Source: Sminthopsis crassicaudata (taxonomy: Eukaryota). From it: a stretch of DNA of 48,166 nt. The notes below the pieces were generated by a model. That model searched no databases and was not told where the DNA came from. It was given only the letters and a program-made list of their open reading frames with translations. A program made the position numbers and the translations under genes. The stretch lies in NCBI RefSeq assembly GCF_048593235.1, contig NC_133618.1, forward strand, positions 141,898,996 through 141,947,161, given 5' to 3'. Position 1 is the stretch's first letter. The number at the start of each line of letters is the position of its first letter. Shown here piece after piece: positions 1 through 11,457 of this stretch.

Positions 1-51
1 CTGTCATTTTGTTCTAATCTTAGAATTCTATGATCCTTTAAATATTTAAGA

Positions 52-170
52 GGCCATCATATGGAAAGAAAGAAGGGAGATAGTGATTATGCTTGTTCTC
101 TGAGGGCCTAGCTAAAAGCATTTATAGAACTACAAAGAGAAAGATTTGGTAGAACATAGGGAAATGTTCT
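52..170 (+). mobile_element. L3/CR1 LINE 3' fragment
   Basis: aggccatcatatggaaag...gatttggtagaacatagggaaatgttct resembles the L3 RT-end/3' UTR segment. Confidence 0.55.
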
Positions 171-171
171 A

Positions 172-247
172 TAATTTTATCTACCTTATAGGGTTATGAA
201 GATCAAATAAGATATTTGTAACAGTGTCTAGTAAATAGTAAATGTTT
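172..247 (+). mobile_element. MIR SINE 3' tail
   Basis: ctaccttatagggttatgaagatcaaataagatatttgtaacagtgtctagtaaatagtaaatgttt matches the MIR tail pattern. Confidence 0.6.
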
Positions 248-723
248 AGAGACAGTGGCTAAATCTAGGTTCTCATTGATTTAATCCTATAATAAATAAT
301 GGTTTCCTAGTGATATAATGACAGGTGTATACTCAGTGGGGAACAGATAAGGAGGAGCTGTCAGGGCCAGAAAGGACAAGCCCACTAGAAGCTCTCGGAG
401 GCTGAGATTCATTCCATTGTCCATCTTTGTTGTGGTTGGAGGCTGAAGTACAAACTTTTGGATTTGGGGACATTCAGAGGGAGCTAGAGATAGAAGCTGA
501 CAGAGGCAAAGGACTAGTAGAAGAAGCTCTTGGAACCAAGGAGAGAGATAGGCCTCTATTAAAGTTAACCAGGTCCCAGGAAAAGAGACAAGATTTTGAA
601 GGAGGCAATAAAGGATTTGGACTGGCTGCATTTGTGATTACTGAACTGAAACTAAAGCTGCCTCCAGAGACCCCCAAGAAACCTGCTCCCAGAGATTATT
701 ACATCATAGAGAAGAATATTACA
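243..723 (+). mobile_element. Solo/partial LTR of the same family as the provirus LTRs (long variant, ~38 bp missing at the 5' end)
   Basis: Aligns directly to 8754-9115 (gagacagtgg.taaatctag...cctccagagac...aagaatattaca), roughly 85-90% by eye. Ends in ...ttaca, carries AATAAA at 607-612, has no PBS after it and no TSD was found. Confidence 0.9.
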
Positions 724-1539
724 GGAATGGAGAGAAACTTGGGGTTTCTCAAGGAGTAGACTACTGATGATCACTGATCTGTAGCACAGATTTTAATAGA
801 GCATTAGGCTGGTGGCTTTCCTCTTCTCAAATAATTCTGTGATGTTGGGGTTAACTATAAAGGGACCTGTCTTGTCTAGCTAGAGTCTTTCTTCACCTTC
901 ACCCTCTGATAAATAGGGATATTAGAGACAGGGATTCTTTTAATTTCTATTGACATACTGATAAAAAGAGAAGAAACTGGCTAGATAACTTAAGCTGAGC
1001 CTTATAGAATGTTTGCATGTAGGCAAGGGTCACCCTGGGTGGGCTCAAAAACTGGTTCTCCACTCAAAAGAACTTAATTTTATTAGTTCACTCAATATAA
1101 CTGGATCCCAAGGGCTTGATTCACACTGATCAAACGAAGAAGAGATGTATAAACCAGATAGAAATTCATTAATTGACACTGAGTGTCAAGAAACCCAGAA
1201 TGTTCATGTCAACTACAAAGCATTTTCTCTTCCCAGGAGGAAGGTCTACTTGAGAAACTAAATCAATATGAGAAGGTAGCTTGGTGAGCCGAATCGGGGT
1301 AGAGGAGACTGGATAATCTTAATTAGTAATGTCATTCACAATCAAGGTGGGAATCTTTTTTAAAACTTTTTGCTGGACTAATACAACATTTATTCCAATG
1401 GTTTTATTTTTTATTTGGGAGTTGATTTGTTTGTTTTAAATGAGATGGGAAGAGGAGTTAGGGAAGGAGAGTAAGGAGGCTAGAGTTAGTTGAACCAAAA
1501 AAAAAAAAAAAAAAGAAAAAGAAAAAGGGAAAATCAGAC

Positions 1540-1795
1540 ATTGGAAGATTTTTTTTTAAGTAAGAAAGGAAGTCAGAAGGAAACACACTATTAAGGCATC
1601 TTTGAAAGTTACATGTTGAATTTACTATATTCTTAAAAGGAAATGAAAGTTCTTCAAAATAGCAATTCATAGTTTGTGTATAATCTTTATTTCAGTTCTA
1701 TTACATATATATATATGTATATATACATATATATGTTCATTTTACCTGGTGTTATTAAGTTCAAGATGGAAATTTAAAAAAAAGAAAAGAAAAAG
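1540..1795 (+). mobile_element. Old marsupial L1 3' end with A-rich tail
   Basis: gaaagttacatgttgaatttactatatt...gttattaagttcaagatggaaatttaaaaaaaag is a typical L1_Mars-like 3' UTR. Confidence 0.6.
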
Positions 1796-3309
1796 AATGT
1801 CACTGATTTATCTCCACTATCAAGACCTTCTGACCAGGGTTCCAGAATGCTCAGTGGAGAGTGGATCAGTGCACTAACATTTCTGTCTTGGGTTGCATTT
1901 TCCAAGGTTCCTAAGAAGACTAGTTAGAATATTGCTAGTATATACTCCACTGTCTTGCTAACCAATTCTATGGTTTCAGGCAAAATGTAGACAAGGAATC
2001 AGTTAAAAAGGAGCCACATGTATATATGGGCAACTGTATATATGGGCAGATCTGAATCTTTCTGTATCTGTTCCTCCCATCAATGATTGTGGGTTCTGCT
2101 GACCATCCTACCTTCTCAGAATAGTAGTCGGGGGAGTGTAGTATCTGTATTTCCCCGGGATTTTATCAGTCTATTACACTGTTGTTTTGCTGCCTATGTA
2201 ATGACCCATATTTCCCATTCAATAAATGATTATATCTCTGACTGTGAAACCTGAGCCAGTTCCCTTATTCCAAGGAGATTGCCTTCTGCCTTGAGGAGGG
2301 CCAGGATAATGAGAACCCACTTTCCCCAGAACAATGCTGAAGAAACATTGGCCATTTTTTTGGTATTTTTTCCCCTAAGTAATATGCAGAATGGCACCCT
2401 TTTGTCTTGACAATACCTTAGACATGTTATAATTAATTGCATCACAGCTTATCTTACATTAGTTACATTCCAGTCTCCTTGATTAGACTGGAGAGACACC
2501 TTAGTCGCAACCCATTTACAAACCATCTCTTAGGCTGGGTTATTTTTACAGATGGCTAATTTTATTCATTTTATGGAACAGCTTGCTATGAGGAGACTTT
2601 GAGGGCATCTTCTAGGAGACCCAGCAGATATTAGATAACTTATTTTTTCCTATGACTACGAAGAGGGTTAAGCAGGATAGCTCTGCTTATGCTGGGGTTA
2701 CCAGACTCCAGTGCAATGACAATTTGGAACCAGTGTCATTATTCTTTATTCCAAATTTGTACCAACTCCAGAAGAAGTCATGATCTTCACCAAGCTGGAT
2801 CTCCAGGGGACCTATAACTTAGACTACATTTATAGGAAGGACAGAGGGAAAATCATTTTTTTTCCAGAAATGCTATTGGCAATTTCAGTATACTGTTATT
2901 ATCTTCATGTTTTTCCAGTGTCCTTCTTCTAATACCTAATAGATTGCTATTTTGATCCCTAGACCCCATATAATATAATCAATTAGGCCATCCATTCCTA
3001 GCCCACCCCTGTAAGGACCATCTCTAAAAGAGACCAAAGGAGTGCCAGTCAAACAAGAGGGAGAAGGCATATTATTAATCAGTTACTAGGTAGAACCCAA
3101 GTAGATGGAATACATCCTGACAAGGGGAATTTTATAACAGTTAACAGTTAAAAATATGCATTGTTCCTGATCTCTATAATGTGTTGCCATTATATTTTCT
3201 CACAGACCTGTTAAAATATCCCAGTGCAGCTCTTTCTCCCAGATAGTATAATTATATTCAACTGAGAATATCTTCCATGAGCAAGAGGTATATAGATAGA
3301 ACTAGAAAG

Positions 3310-4375
3310 CTGCTGCTGTCTAGTCTTTCCTATCCCAAACCCTTGATTGTTCAATAAGTCTATGTACTCCCCTTACTTCTATGCTGCTTACATCCAGCTT
3401 TTGTCTCTCTCTCAAGCTCTGGTCTCACATCGAACCAATTGCTTTTTGGACATTTCACACTGGATATTCTGTAAGCTTCTCAAACTCACCATATCCAAAA
3501 CAGAATTTATTATCTTTAACCCTCAAACTCTTCTCTCTTCCCAAGGTTTAGATTAATACAGAGGACACCCATCATGCTACCAGTCAGTAGAGCTTATAAT
3601 CTCTGCATCATTCTCAAATCCTCACGCTTATTCATACCATGTATCATTGTTATTTAATCTTGATAATTCTACTTTCACAGCATCTTTTACATCAGCCCCC
3701 TTCTCCCCATTCACATGTTCCCCCACCTTGGTAGAGCTCTCTCACCTGGACTGATACAACAGCCTTCCAAATGGTCTCCTTGCCCCAAGTTTCTCTCTAT
3801 TCCATCCATCTTCCACTCAGCTGGCAAAGAGAATTTCCAAAACTCAAGACTGATCAATTATAAAGTCCCCTGCTTGTCATTTAAAAGCCTTCATTACTTG
3901 AGCATTTTCCTACCTTTTCACTCTTCTTACTCCTCCCTACATTCCCTGATACAGATTGGTCACCATGCTGGTCCACCAACCAAACACAATCTCCTGACCC
4001 TGTATTTTTGAGGGATTGCTACCCATTCCTGGAACACTGTCCCTTTTCACCTCTGCCTCCAGCTTTCTTGTCTTCTTAAAAGACTCAGGTCAAAGCTCAC
4101 CTTCTTCAAGAGACCTTCCCTGGTTCCCTCCCTCAGGATACTTCCCGAAGCCCTTCTTTTGGAAGGTTACTTTCCATCTAATCTGTCTGTCTGTCTGTGG
4201 GTATTTATGTTTCTCTTTGTCTCTCATATGTGTCTTTTATGTGCATAATTATTCACATGTTCTCTCTCACTTGGAATGCAAGCTCCTTGTGTGCAGGGAC
4301 TATGTTTTGCTTTTGTGTAGCCAAATCATTTAACACAGTGTTTGCCACATGGTAATTACTTGCTGACTTACTGAC
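3310..4375 (+). mobile_element. L2 LINE 3' ~1 kb
   Basis: ctcaaactcaccatatccaaaacagaa..., ggaatgcaagctccttgtgtgcagggact..., and a terminal cacagtgtttgccacatggtaatt L2 tail. Confidence 0.85.
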
Positions 4376-4409
4376 ATCCTGATCCCCATGCTACATTTCA
4401 AAACCAGTT

Positions 4410-5710
4410 TCCTGCAGGTGATACGGAATACCAAAAAGGGCAAAAAAATTAATCCCAGTTCTTAAGGAGCTCCAATCTTAATGGCTTGTTTGATGATGCA
4501 TAATTGAAATAAGTGTTTTGATTTTCTTTGAGTTGAAGGAGTGTAGTGAGAAAAGTCATTGGTAGTTTAGAAGAAGAGGATGAGAAAAAGGAGAAGGAGA
4601 CAGAGAGGAAGAAAAGAAGGCCATGGAAACATTTTTTTAAATCCATAGAAGAGTACAGAAAGAGGGTCAGTAGGAAATGCAGGCAAGCCAACAGCTTTGA
4701 AAATAATTCATTGTATATCTGAAGAAAAACAGTAAGTGGGTTTTTGGCAACATGTGCAATTCTCTGGTTTTTGTTCTGCTTCATATATGGAAATATCCAT
4801 CTTAGGCTAAGTTCAGAATTTTTTTAAATGAAATAAATAAAATGAACTTTAAAAGTATGGAAAGTAATCCAGTTTGGCTAGAGTACTAGAAGGAGAAACA
4901 AGGTTAGAGCCAGACTGTGGATGGTGTTGAAGAACAGGATAATGAATTCTGCCATGACTCAGTAGAGAGTGGAGACACTGAAAACTTTTAAATAGAGAAG
5001 CAATATGGTCAGAGCATAGTATTATAAAGACTACTAGAATAGTATTAAGAAAGAGAGATTAGAAGAAGGGAAAGACTGGAAATAGAAAAATCATCTAGGA
5101 GGCCGTTAAAATAGTCCTGAAGTAAAATAATGAGGGGAACTTGGATGATTACCATGGGACTGGAAAAGAGATAGATACAAGATATCTTGCTATGGTAGAA
5201 TCTATAGGACTTAAAAATTGAATTCATGTAAGAGTGATGGAAGAGGGAAAAATCTAAAGATTGACTCTCAAGTTTCCAGCCTGAGTACCAAGGAGGGTGA
5301 TGGAGCCTCAAAGAGAAGCAAAGAACTTAGGGGAGGGATTCCCATTAAAGTCTGATCTGCATAGCTCTTCATTTAATGGATCATATTGATTCTTAAAGTT
5401 ATAACAGGAGAGCACAAGCTCTGGCAGGTTCTAATAAGCTTTGAGAGTGGTCCTGGTGACAAACTTCTGGTCTTGCCCTAGGGCCAGACCTCCTAAGTTT
5501 AATGGACTAATCACCTAGGTGATAAAATTATAAATTTTTTAGTCCTATCTGCTAAGCATGGGAGGATTGAAATATGCATTAGGGAAGGTATAACCCACAC
5601 CATGGAAATATTTGATAGGAAGAAGAACAAGCTGGGAGTGGATAAAGGTAACAATGAGTTAAGTTTTAGACAAGATGAATTTGAGATGTTGCAGGGACAT
5701 GCAAACATCA
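4410..5710 (-). mobile_element. Fragmented L2 LINE, interrupted by an L1 3' fragment (~4690-4845, +)
   Basis: Antisense L2 hallmarks: cccagttcttaaggagctccaatc, gtagagagtggagacactg, agttttagacaagatgaatttgagatg. The L1 piece is gtatatctgaag...tatatggaaat...ctaagttcagaa. Confidence 0.7.
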
Positions 5711-5864
5711 GAATGTAATCTCCATTCTCTTCAACATTTATTCACTATTCTTTTTTCCACCTGGGCCCAATGGGCCTTTCCACTAGTACTCAGTTTTGGC
5801 CAGAGCTAATGTACCTATGTTACCTATCAGCCTTCCTTCTGTTCTCTCCTGTGCATTTTTAAAA

Positions 5865-6050
5865 ATGTGTCAATGAATTTTTTTCTTGCTTTTCTTTTTC
5901 AGTATTACTACTCTCCCCTAACTGAAAGAAAAAATGAAATCCTTGTATCAAATATGTATAGCCAAGCACAACAAATTTCTATATACTTCCCATGTCTGAA
6001 AAATCTTCCTTGCTTCTTATTCCATTATAAATTAGAAAATATCAGCCCTG
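5865..6050 (-). mobile_element. Old marsupial L1 3' UTR fragment
   Basis: aaatatgtatagccaagcacaacaaatttc...catgtctgaaaaat is an antisense L1 3' end motif. Confidence 0.6.
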
Positions 6051-6339
6051 AATTTTATACAGAGAAATATAGATGCAGAAATAGTGATATTAAATCCTCA
6101 GATGGTCTATGTAATATAAGACTGGAGTGGGTAGGGAAAACATTTGGGGTAAACTTGGGAGTAATGCATTCCAAAAAATGCACTCACACTCTTTAAGGTC
6201 CTCTAATCCAAAAACATTTCCATTTTGCCATTTTATATTTTTACTATTGATGGATACCATTAGTACAACTATCATTCTCTGAGGTCAATATTTTTTTTTA
6301 TTTTTCAAAGGAGCCTTCAAGGTTGATTCTAAAAAAGGA

Positions 6340-6720
6340 TGAACCAAAAGACAGAGGACATTAGAGATAAGCATAAGAAATAAAATAAAGGCATGGAGGT
6401 GGGAAGTGAGAGCAAGTTTGGGGAGCAAAGAATAATCCAGTTTGTCCGGAGCACCTAGAGTCCACAGAAAACAGTACCAAATAAAACTAAAAACTGTGAA
6501 GCACCTTCATTTGGAGGTAATGAAGTTTGACCTTTACTAAGGAGAGAATAAGAAGCCCCTGAAAAGTTCTTAGCAGAGCATTTTTTTAGCATGTCACTAC
6601 ATCACTAAATCTATGCCCAAGAATTAATCTTGTAGTAATTCAAAGTGCAGATTGGAATAGAGAGGGAATGGAACAGGAGCAATCTATTCATAGGGACTCA
6701 AAGTAGTTTAGGCAAGTAGA
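6340..6720 (-). mobile_element. L2 fragment
   Basis: Purine-rich antisense L2 (gtttgaccttta...agaagcccctgaaaagttc...gattggaatagagagg). Confidence 0.6.
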
Positions 6721-6724
6721 TAAA

Positions 6725-8100
6725 CTTCCAAACTTATCACTCAGCTGAATTGCTCTCTGAAAAGTAATATAATTGCCAAGTCTTTCTCCCTTTCCATTCT
6801 CATCCTTCCTGATCTATCTGCAATTTTTTAAAACATTGACTTCTTTCTTTCTTTTCTTTTCTTCTCTGGTTTACTATAAAATTCTCTGGTTTATCTATCT
6901 GACTATTCCCCTTTAGCTTCTTTTGCTCACTCATCAGCCATATTATACCCTCTAACTGTGGGCATCTCTCAAAGGTCTCTCCTGGGTCTTCTTCTCTTTT
7001 TTCTCTAAAGTTTTTTGATTTTAACGATCTTTTCTAGACAGACGACCACCATATCTATATAACCAGTGCTATTTACCATGCTGAGTTTCATTGTGCTTTA
7101 CCTATCTATTACATGTTCAAAACACATGTTCCAATAGAGCCTCAAAATCAACACATCCCACACAGAATCCACAAACATTCTTTCCAAACCCAATCTTTTT
7201 CTGAATCTCCCTTACTGCTGGATACCACATCCATAATTTAGGTTCACAACCTTGATACGATCATCAGCAATTCACTCTCACTCATTCCACATGTTCAATA
7301 AGTTGCTAAATTTTATCAATCTATCCTCCAATTCATCCCTGATGGCATCTCAAATTTCCCAAATTAAAAACTGATCCCCTAAACCAGGGGTTCTTAACTT
7401 TTTTTATTAATAGATACCTCTGGTAAACTAGAGTCCCCCTTCTGAGTAAATTATTTTTTAAAAATTCATAATTGAAGAAAATGATAATCATGCAAAGTTC
7501 CTAGTTAACAAATTCCAGTGATTCCCTATTGCTGCAGGGATCAAATATAAACTCTATTTACAATCAAAGCATTTTCCAGCCTTACTTCTTCCTATTTTTC
7601 CAATTTTCCTATACATTACTCCTCTGCCCACACTCTACCATTCAGTCATATTGGCATATTAATTATTCTATGCATAAGACATTCTAAATCCCATCATCAT
7701 GCTTTTGCACTAATAGTACTTCATATCTATAATGCCCTCCTTCCTCATCTTCCCCCTTATTTCTGCTTCTTAGGATTCATGGTTTTCATCTAGACTCAAC
7801 TCAAGTGCCTTCAAGGTGCTAGTCTAGACCNNNNNNNNNNNNNNNNNNNNNNNNNNNNNNNNNNNNNNNNNNNNNNNNNNNNNNNNNNNNNNNNNNNNNN
7901 NNNNNNNNNNNNNNNNNNNNNNNNNNNNNNNNNNNNNNNNNNNNNNNNNNNNNNNNNNNNNTTGTCTTCTATATTAGAATAAAAATTCAGTAAGATACTT
8001 TTGTCTTTATATCTCCAGCATTTAGCAAACAAACAAAGTAAGTACATAAGATAAATAGATTAAATATATAAGAAATGTTTATTGATTAATTGACTGACTA
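6725..8100 (+). mobile_element. L2 LINE (~1.3 kb) spanning an assembly gap and carrying an inverted duplicated segment at 7329-7487
   Basis: Pyrimidine-rich sense L2 from RT region to tail (...gacgaccaccatatctat..., ...aaatgtttattgattaattgactgact). Confidence 0.8.
7831..7961. other. Assembly gap (N)
   Basis: Run of N. Confidence 1.
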
Positions 8101-8287
8101 GAAGCACAAAAGAAGGGACAGATGCCAAAGATAAAAGCTGAATCACATTTTGTAGTTGAGTGGATATGAGAAATAAAGGCTTGGGAAAAACTCAAAGATT
8201 ACCCCAAGGTTTCTGACATGGATAACTGTATGAATATTAGCATCATAGACAGAAATACTGAAGCTAAAGAAAAGTGTATGTTTAAAG

Positions 8288-8491
8288 CAGGCTTTATAAC
8301 CACTTCAAGGGATATGTGCATATGTATTCAGAATTACTGTGAGCTTGGAGGAAAAAATATATATCTTTGTTTGTACTAACTTCTGAATGAAATTTAGCAT
8401 TTCTTTCAATTATGAACTATTAAAAACTACTTATAAGGGGGACTCTAGTGTACCAGAGATATCTAAGACATTAAAAAATTGAGAATCCATG
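8288..8491. mobile_element. hAT/Charlie-type MITE (~204 bp)
   Basis: Ends cagg... and ...gagaatccatg. Flanked by the 8-bp TSD-like pair gtttaaag (8280-8287) and gtttaggg (8492-8499), 6/8 identical. Charlie-like internal sequence. Confidence 0.7.
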
Positions 8492-8753
8492 GTTTAGGGG
8501 AATGATCATGGGATTAATTTTTAACTTGGTGAATTTGAGATGGCAGTGGGACATTCAGATAGAGATGAATTGTAGGGCATTACAATTTTGGATCTAGAGC
8601 TCCTCTGAGGTCCAATCTGGAGATTTGAATTTTTTGAGTTAACAGCAAAGAAGTAAGAGTGGAAGCACTGGGAAAGAATGACAATGTTGATGGTGAAAAC
8701 TGAGGAGAGAAAAGAACCAAAATCAGTTTCCTAGTGAATCTCTATGTTCAGAG

Positions 8754-9115
8754 TGTTATGGGCCAGAACTTGAAACAAGGTACTAAGTGGAATTGAGGAG
8801 ACAGTGGTTAAATCTAGTTTATCATTGATTTAATCCTATAACAAATAATGGTTTCCTAGTGATATAATGATTGGTGTAGTCTCAGTGTGGAACATATAAG
8901 GAGGAACTCTCAGGGCCAGAAAAGACAAGCGCACTAGAAACTTTCTAAGGCTGAGACAGATTCATTCCTTCTTCCACCTTTGCTGTGGCTGGAAGCTGAA
9001 GCACAAACCCTTGCAAGTCAGGAAGATAATTACTCTCACTGAAACAAAGGTTGCCTCCAGAGACTCCAAAGAAACCCTAACAAGAGAATATTATATTTTA
9101 AAGAAGAATATTACA
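8754..9115 (+). mobile_element. 5' LTR (362 bp)
   Basis: tgttatgggcc...gaatattaca. TATA-like catataagg near 8893. About 90% identical to the 3' LTR over the first ~210 bp (about 20 mismatches counted by eye). Confidence 0.96.
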
Positions 9116-9118
9116 TTT

Positions 9119-9137
9119 TGGCATCCAAATGTGGGAC
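9119..9137 (+). promoter_or_regulatory. Primer binding site, tRNA-Lys(1,2)-like
   Basis: TGGCATCCAAATGTGGGAC lies 3 nt after the LTR. It matches TGGCGCCCAACGTGGGGC with CpG-type decay and one insertion. Confidence 0.75.
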
Positions 9138-9247
9138 AGACACGATCATGATGCCAGTGGAAAAGTCTCCTGGACCCAGAAATTAGGGCGAATACAAAAA
9201 GAGACAAGGAAAATTTGTTAAAGGGCTAAAGTTGTACTTCAGCTAAA

Positions 9248-10705
9248 ATGGGACATGCCTTTTTTTTCCAATTCAAGGAAAATGTGTAGAGAGCATTGTC
9301 AGACTTATGAAAAGCCAAGGTTTGATTATAATTTGGGAGCAGGCCACTGAATTTTTAAAAATTATACAGTACACGTCTCCTTGGTTCTCATAAGGAAAAA
9401 GAATTGGATCTAAAGGAGTGGAAATTAGTAAGAGAACAACTTTGTCAATACTACAATGATTATGGACCTGACTCAATTTCCAAAGAATCACTTTATACAT
9501 ACAATTTAATACAACTGGCTTTAGGAAATTATATAAGTTATAGAATAAGGAAAAAGAAGAGAGAGCAGAAAGGGGAGGAGCCAAATAAACTAGGTGAAAA
9601 GGATGAAGATCAGATAAGAATGAAGTTAAGTACAATTCTGAGTGTGGCACTTCACATCAGGAGCATTCCCCATCCCTTGACCTACTTCTCTCAATTAACC
9701 CTTCATGGGTGGAAGGAGGAGGAGGGGGAGAAGCAGCACCACCTATGAAGCAGCCTATGAAAAGATCGCAAAAGGCATTGGTTAAGGCTAAGAGAGAAGG
9801 ACAGGATATATCTGATTTAAAAATAAATGCATACCCTGTGATTGAAGAGCTTGACTGTCCAGGTCAGAAAAGAAGAAGATATACTCTTTTTGATTTAGAA
9901 AAAATCAAGGATTTGAAAAAAGGTTGCACTCTTTATGGGGCTACATCATCTTATGTTAAGATGTTACTAGATAATTTGTCTTATGAAATCCTAACCCCTA
10001 GTGACTGGAAATCCATAGCAAGGACATGTAAGGACCTGGACAAAACTTGTTGTGGCTTTCAGAGTATCATGAATTATGGAGGATTCAAGCCCAATGCAAT
10101 AAGCAAACTAGATTTAATGTATAAATCACCTTTGACCAACTGGCAGGTGAAGGTCATTACAAAGAGAATTCAGCACAGACTAATTACCCCATAGAAGCAT
10201 ATAAACCAAATGCTGGTGCTTCTATAAAAGCTTGGGGTATATTTCCAGGGAAAGATTGAGGGGAAGCCTTCACAAAAATAGAGCAAGGTCCCAATGAACC
10301 CTTTGTGGATTTTGTGGGACATTTACAAACTGCTGTCACAAGAACCACTGGAGAAAATGCAGCTACAGAAATAATGACCAGACATTTGGCTATGGAAAAT
10401 GCCAATGAGGTTTGCAGAAGAATTATATGGGGAGGAGATCATAACATGCTGTGCCACAGTGGGCACAAATGCTTATTATATATACCCAGACTATGATGAA
10501 CATGGGAAGACAAGTTCCCTCTTGACAAGGGACTTCTAGAGAAACTCATTGATGTTTTCAATGTGGAAAAATTGGAGATCTGAAAACCCAATGTAGGTAT
10601 AGAGATAGAGTGAGAAGATAAGGTGAGAGAAGACCTAAAACCCTATGTCCAAAATCCCATAAGGGCTTCCACTGGGCCTCAGAATGTAGATTGACCCAGA
10701 GAAAT
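9248..10705 (+). pseudogene. gag: Decayed betaretroviral gag (MA-CA-NC), broken by frameshifts and stops
   Basis: ATG at 9248. MA motif SPWFS*GKELDLKEWKLVREQL, CA AYPV...KDLKKGCTLYGATSSYVKMLL...DWKSIA, MHR IEQGPNEPFVDFVGHL. Zinc knuckles CFQCGKIGDLKTQC (10553-10594) and CPKSHKGFHWASEC (10646-10687) resemble HERV-K/MPMV Gag. Confidence 0.93.
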
Positions 10706-10956
10706 GAGAGGCGGGGTCCCAGCTTCAGCCCCTCAGGTGAGGCATGATGGCAACAGAAGTTACACTTTTAGAAGTTCAGGACTCTGATGTGACCAATCAG
10801 GAAAAAAGCCATCAGATGGCAGAAAGGGATTACATAATCAATCAACAGAAAAACAATCAGATGAGAGAAAGGGATTACAATTGGGGAGAATACTGACTTT
10901 TTTTAACCCAACAGAAGGGCAGTGTCCAGTGTGAGAGACTCCAGTGTAATTGCCAG

Positions 10957-11070
10957 GTGATGAGAAGAGATTTAGAAAGTGGTAAACAGAAGGGACTAGA
11001 TAGGTTAATTGTTTGGGAGAAAGGGTTTGTTTGTATTTCTTCAGATGGAGAATGAAACAGATGGGTGGAA
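10957..11070 (+). pseudogene. pol: Integrase C-terminal domain remnant
   Basis: Translates VMRRDLESGKQKGLDRLIVWEKGFVCISSDGE*NRWV, which matches the betaretroviral IN C-terminal pattern (W.D...G.W.GPD.ll.WGRGFAC(V/I)S...WV). Confidence 0.8.
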
Positions 11071-11221
11071 ACAAGCACCTGGAGAAAGAAAAAAAAAAGA
11101 GAGAGAAATCTTGAAACAAAGGAGAAGACCTAAGAACAAAATCTGCAGGAATCAAAATTTGTTGATGAAACTATTGCAGGACTTCAAAACTTGCAGGAAT
11201 TATTGGATTCCTGGCACATGA
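11045..11221 (+). CDS. Short 58-aa basic ORF directly after the env-type splice acceptor (env-leader/Rec-like candidate; coding status unproven)
   Basis: tttgtttgtatttcttcAG|ATG. The ORF MENETDGWKQAPGERKKKEREILKQRRRPKNKICRNQNLLMKLLQDFKTCRNYWIPGT is in the +1 frame relative to pol. Confidence 0.3.
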   Translation: MENETDGWKQAPGERKKKEREILKQRRRPKNKICRNQNLLMKLLQDFKTCRNYWIPGT

Positions 11222-11457
11222 AGTAATGGAGAATAGATTCCTTTTGGACTATTTCTAGGACTTATGGACATGTATAATACTTCATATTGATTCATGTTAT
11301 TTGTTATATCACTAATAGCCTGTGTTGTATTGCTATGTGCTTATGTAATTTATGTAATTATGTGCAATATTTCCCATATTGATGGATTTATGTATATCTG
11401 TTTTAAGAGTGAGCCCCTTCAGAAACCCGTTAATCTGATTTGATTTCCCATTTCCTT

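Noticed and set aside
427-759. 110-aa ORF, and ORFs 45947..46417 and 45988..46254
   Set aside because: They lie within LTR sequence, have no start context, and carry no recognisable protein motif.
740-759. 19/20 match tggggtttctcaagga(g/a)tag with 31628-31647
   Set aside because: The similarity does not extend on either side; it is borderline chance or an unresolvable old repeat.
1173-1189. Perfect palindrome TTGACACT-G-AGTGTCAA
   Set aside because: About one 8-bp-arm palindrome of a given spacing is expected by chance in 48 kb, and there is no supporting context.
243-9115. The LTR at 243-723 and the LTR at 8754-9115 as the two ends of one 8.9-kb provirus
   Set aside because: There is no PBS after 723 and no PPT before 8754, the interval is L1/L2/MITE, and the TSD pairs 8754 with 11940.
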